A DNA stretch of 64,000 bases, from positions 1,557 to 65,556 of the forward strand of contig SHMQ01000002.1 of NCBI GenBank assembly GCA_008534395.1, read 5' to 3'. This DNA is from Candidatus Acidulodesulfobacterium acidiphilum (GTDB lineage: Bacteria; SZUA-79; Acidulodesulfobacterales; Acidulodesulfobacteraceae). The notes under the pieces were generated by a model. It saw only the letters and a list, made by a program, of their open reading frames with translations. It did not search any database and was not told the DNA's origin. Numbering within the stretch: position 1 is the first letter of the stretch; every line of letters starts with the position of its first letter. Positions 62,773 through 64,000 of this stretch are shown in pieces. Both the position numbers and the translations under genes were made by a program.

Positions 62773-64000
62773 TTAATTGTTATTTCTTAAATCTATTTCT
62801 TTAACAAATCTTGATATATCGTTATGTTTGTATCCCTTTTCGGTTTTTCTGTTCTCCGCGCACGTCATATACAATAATTCCTTTGCTCTTGTTATCCCGA
62901 CGTAACAGAGCCTTCTTTCTTCCTCTACTGATAATCCGTCCCCTAACGACTTTGCATGCGGAAAAATATTTTCTTCCATACCGACCATGAATACGACCGC
63001 AAATTCAAGCCCTTTTGCCGCATGTATCGTGGCGAGAGTTACTTTATCGGTTTCTTCTTTTTCTATCCCTATCTCGGCGTCCATTGCGCTTGCGTCTAAA
63101 AATTCTTGAATATTTAAATAATTAGACGCCGCTTTTATAAGCTCTTTGATATTGTCAATTCTGTTGTTTTGCAATTCGTCTTTTTCCGCTTTTTCTATTA
63201 ATAAATTTTCGTATCCGGATTCTTTGAAAACAGTTTCTATAATCTCGTCTGCTTTTGCCGTCCCGGCCGTTTCTTTTATTTTTAAAATCAACTGAAAATA
63301 ATTTAATAATTTCGACTTGTCCGCCGTGCGTTTGGTTTCAAAAAGGTCGCCTTGTTTTACTTTTAATCCTTTTATCTCGTCTAATAATCCCTTGTGAAAA
63401 GCCGTTAAAATATCCGTATCGCTTTCGTCCGCAATGCGTTTTATCTTTTCTATCGCAACCTCTCCGGCTCCGGTCGGAATGCATTGAACGCTTCTTTTAA
63501 AACTCAAAAAGTCAAAAGGATTAACGGCAAATCTAACAAAAGACAAAATATCTTTAATTTCTTTTCTCTGGTAAAACTTTAGTCCGCCGTAAATCTGATA
63601 ATCGATATCGTTATTTAATAGTCCTGCCTCGATACCTCTCGATAAGGAATTTATCCTATATAAAATAGCCATATCTTTATATGAATATCCGGACCGCGTC
63701 AATAATTTAATTTCTCTTGCAATATACCCCGCTTCCTGTTCATCCGTTTCAAACTTATAAACCTTAACGGGCTTTCCGCCTTTTTTAATCGCCCTTATTT
63801 CTTTATCAGCCCTTTTTTGATTTATCTTTATGACGTTAGAGGCGGCATTTAAGATAGTTTCGTGGGACCTGTAGTTTTTTCCGAGATGTATTTCTTTGCA
63901 ATCCTTAAAGCTGTTTTTAAATTTCAAAATGTTATCTACCAAAGCTCCTCTAAAACCGTAAATCGACTGGTCGTCGTCTCCGACTACGCATATATTTTTA
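62773..64000 (-). CDS. UvrD/PcrA-family helicase, C-terminal part (5' end outside window)
   Basis: The frame is open to the window edge: my translation of 63943..64000 gives NICVVGDDDQSIYGFRGA. Also GKNYRS, TIHAAKGLEF, YVGITRAKE. Confidence 0.85.
   Translation of the reverse strand, partial: KNICVVGDDDQSIYGFRGALVDNILKFKNSFKDCKEIHLGKNYRSHETILNAASNVIKINQKRADKEIRAIKKGGKPVKVYKFETDEQEAGYIAREIKLLTRSGYSYKDMAILYRINSLSRGIEAGLLNNDIDYQIYGGLKFYQRKEIKDILSFVRFAVNPFDFLSFKRSVQCIPTGAGEVAIEKIKRIADESDTDILTAFHKGLLDEIKGLKVKQGDLFETKRTADKSKLLNYFQLILKIKETAGTAKADEIIETVFKESGYENLLIEKAEKDELQNNRIDNIKELIKAASNYLNIQEFLDASAMDAEIGIEKEETDKVTLATIHAAKGLEFAVVFMVGMEENIFPHAKSLGDGLSVEEERRLCYVGITRAKELLYMTCAENRKTEKGYKHNDISRFVKEIDLRNNN

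Noticed and set aside
1-64000. Search by eye for cas1/cas2/cas3, a Y1 TnpA, tyrosine or serine integrases, a relaxase, a VirD4/TraD coupling protein, partition ParA, tRNA and rRNA
   Set aside because: No ORF shows the corresponding motifs, and no tRNA-like GC-rich cloverleaf region stands out. This absence applies only to this window and rests on manual inspection.

Overview
AT-rich window, coded almost entirely on the minus strand. It reads like part of a large conjugative plasmid or ICE that also carries a phage-like replication and lysogeny-control module. No rRNA, tRNA, integrase, relaxase, coupling protein, cas1/cas2 or Y1 (TnpA) transposase was recognised. Layout: (i) 0-7 kb holds an IscB element, a YdjM-like hydrolase and a helicase IV-like protein. 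(ii) 7.2-21.5 kb holds an F-type mating-pair-formation operon in F-like order (traA-traL-traE-traK-traB-traV-traC ... traH-traG), with inserted OmpA-like, DsbC-like, S26-peptidase and GGDEF genes. (iii) 23.6-29.9 kb holds a compact DinG-associated type IV CRISPR-Cas locus: a candidate Cas5-Csf1 fusion, DinG/Csf4, Csf2/Cas7, a 14-repeat array, then Cas6. (iv) 29.9-45.3 kb holds a ParB-like protein, RusA, a replisome organiser with 11-bp-phased iterons inside its own ORF, Dam plus a truncated C5-methyltransferase plus an XF1762-like protein, an Xis-like protein, a Cro/CI switch, a type II R-M pair, a primase, an SNF2 helicase and three tandem RHH genes. (v) 45.3-64 kb is an accessory region with an A24 peptidase, a type IIG R-M cassette flanked by about 115-bp direct repeats, many small membrane or unknown ORFs, TnpB, a stand-alone RtcB, a second IscB, SSB and a UvrD/PcrA gene cut by the window edge. 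Main points of interest: the unusual type IV CRISPR-Cas architecture; two intact IscB genes, each preceded by a conserved ~270-nt omega-RNA-like region, plus one solo left-end relic and one solo right-end relic; and several families of short conserved intergenic motifs. All functional calls come from motif reading of the supplied translations. No database search was possible.
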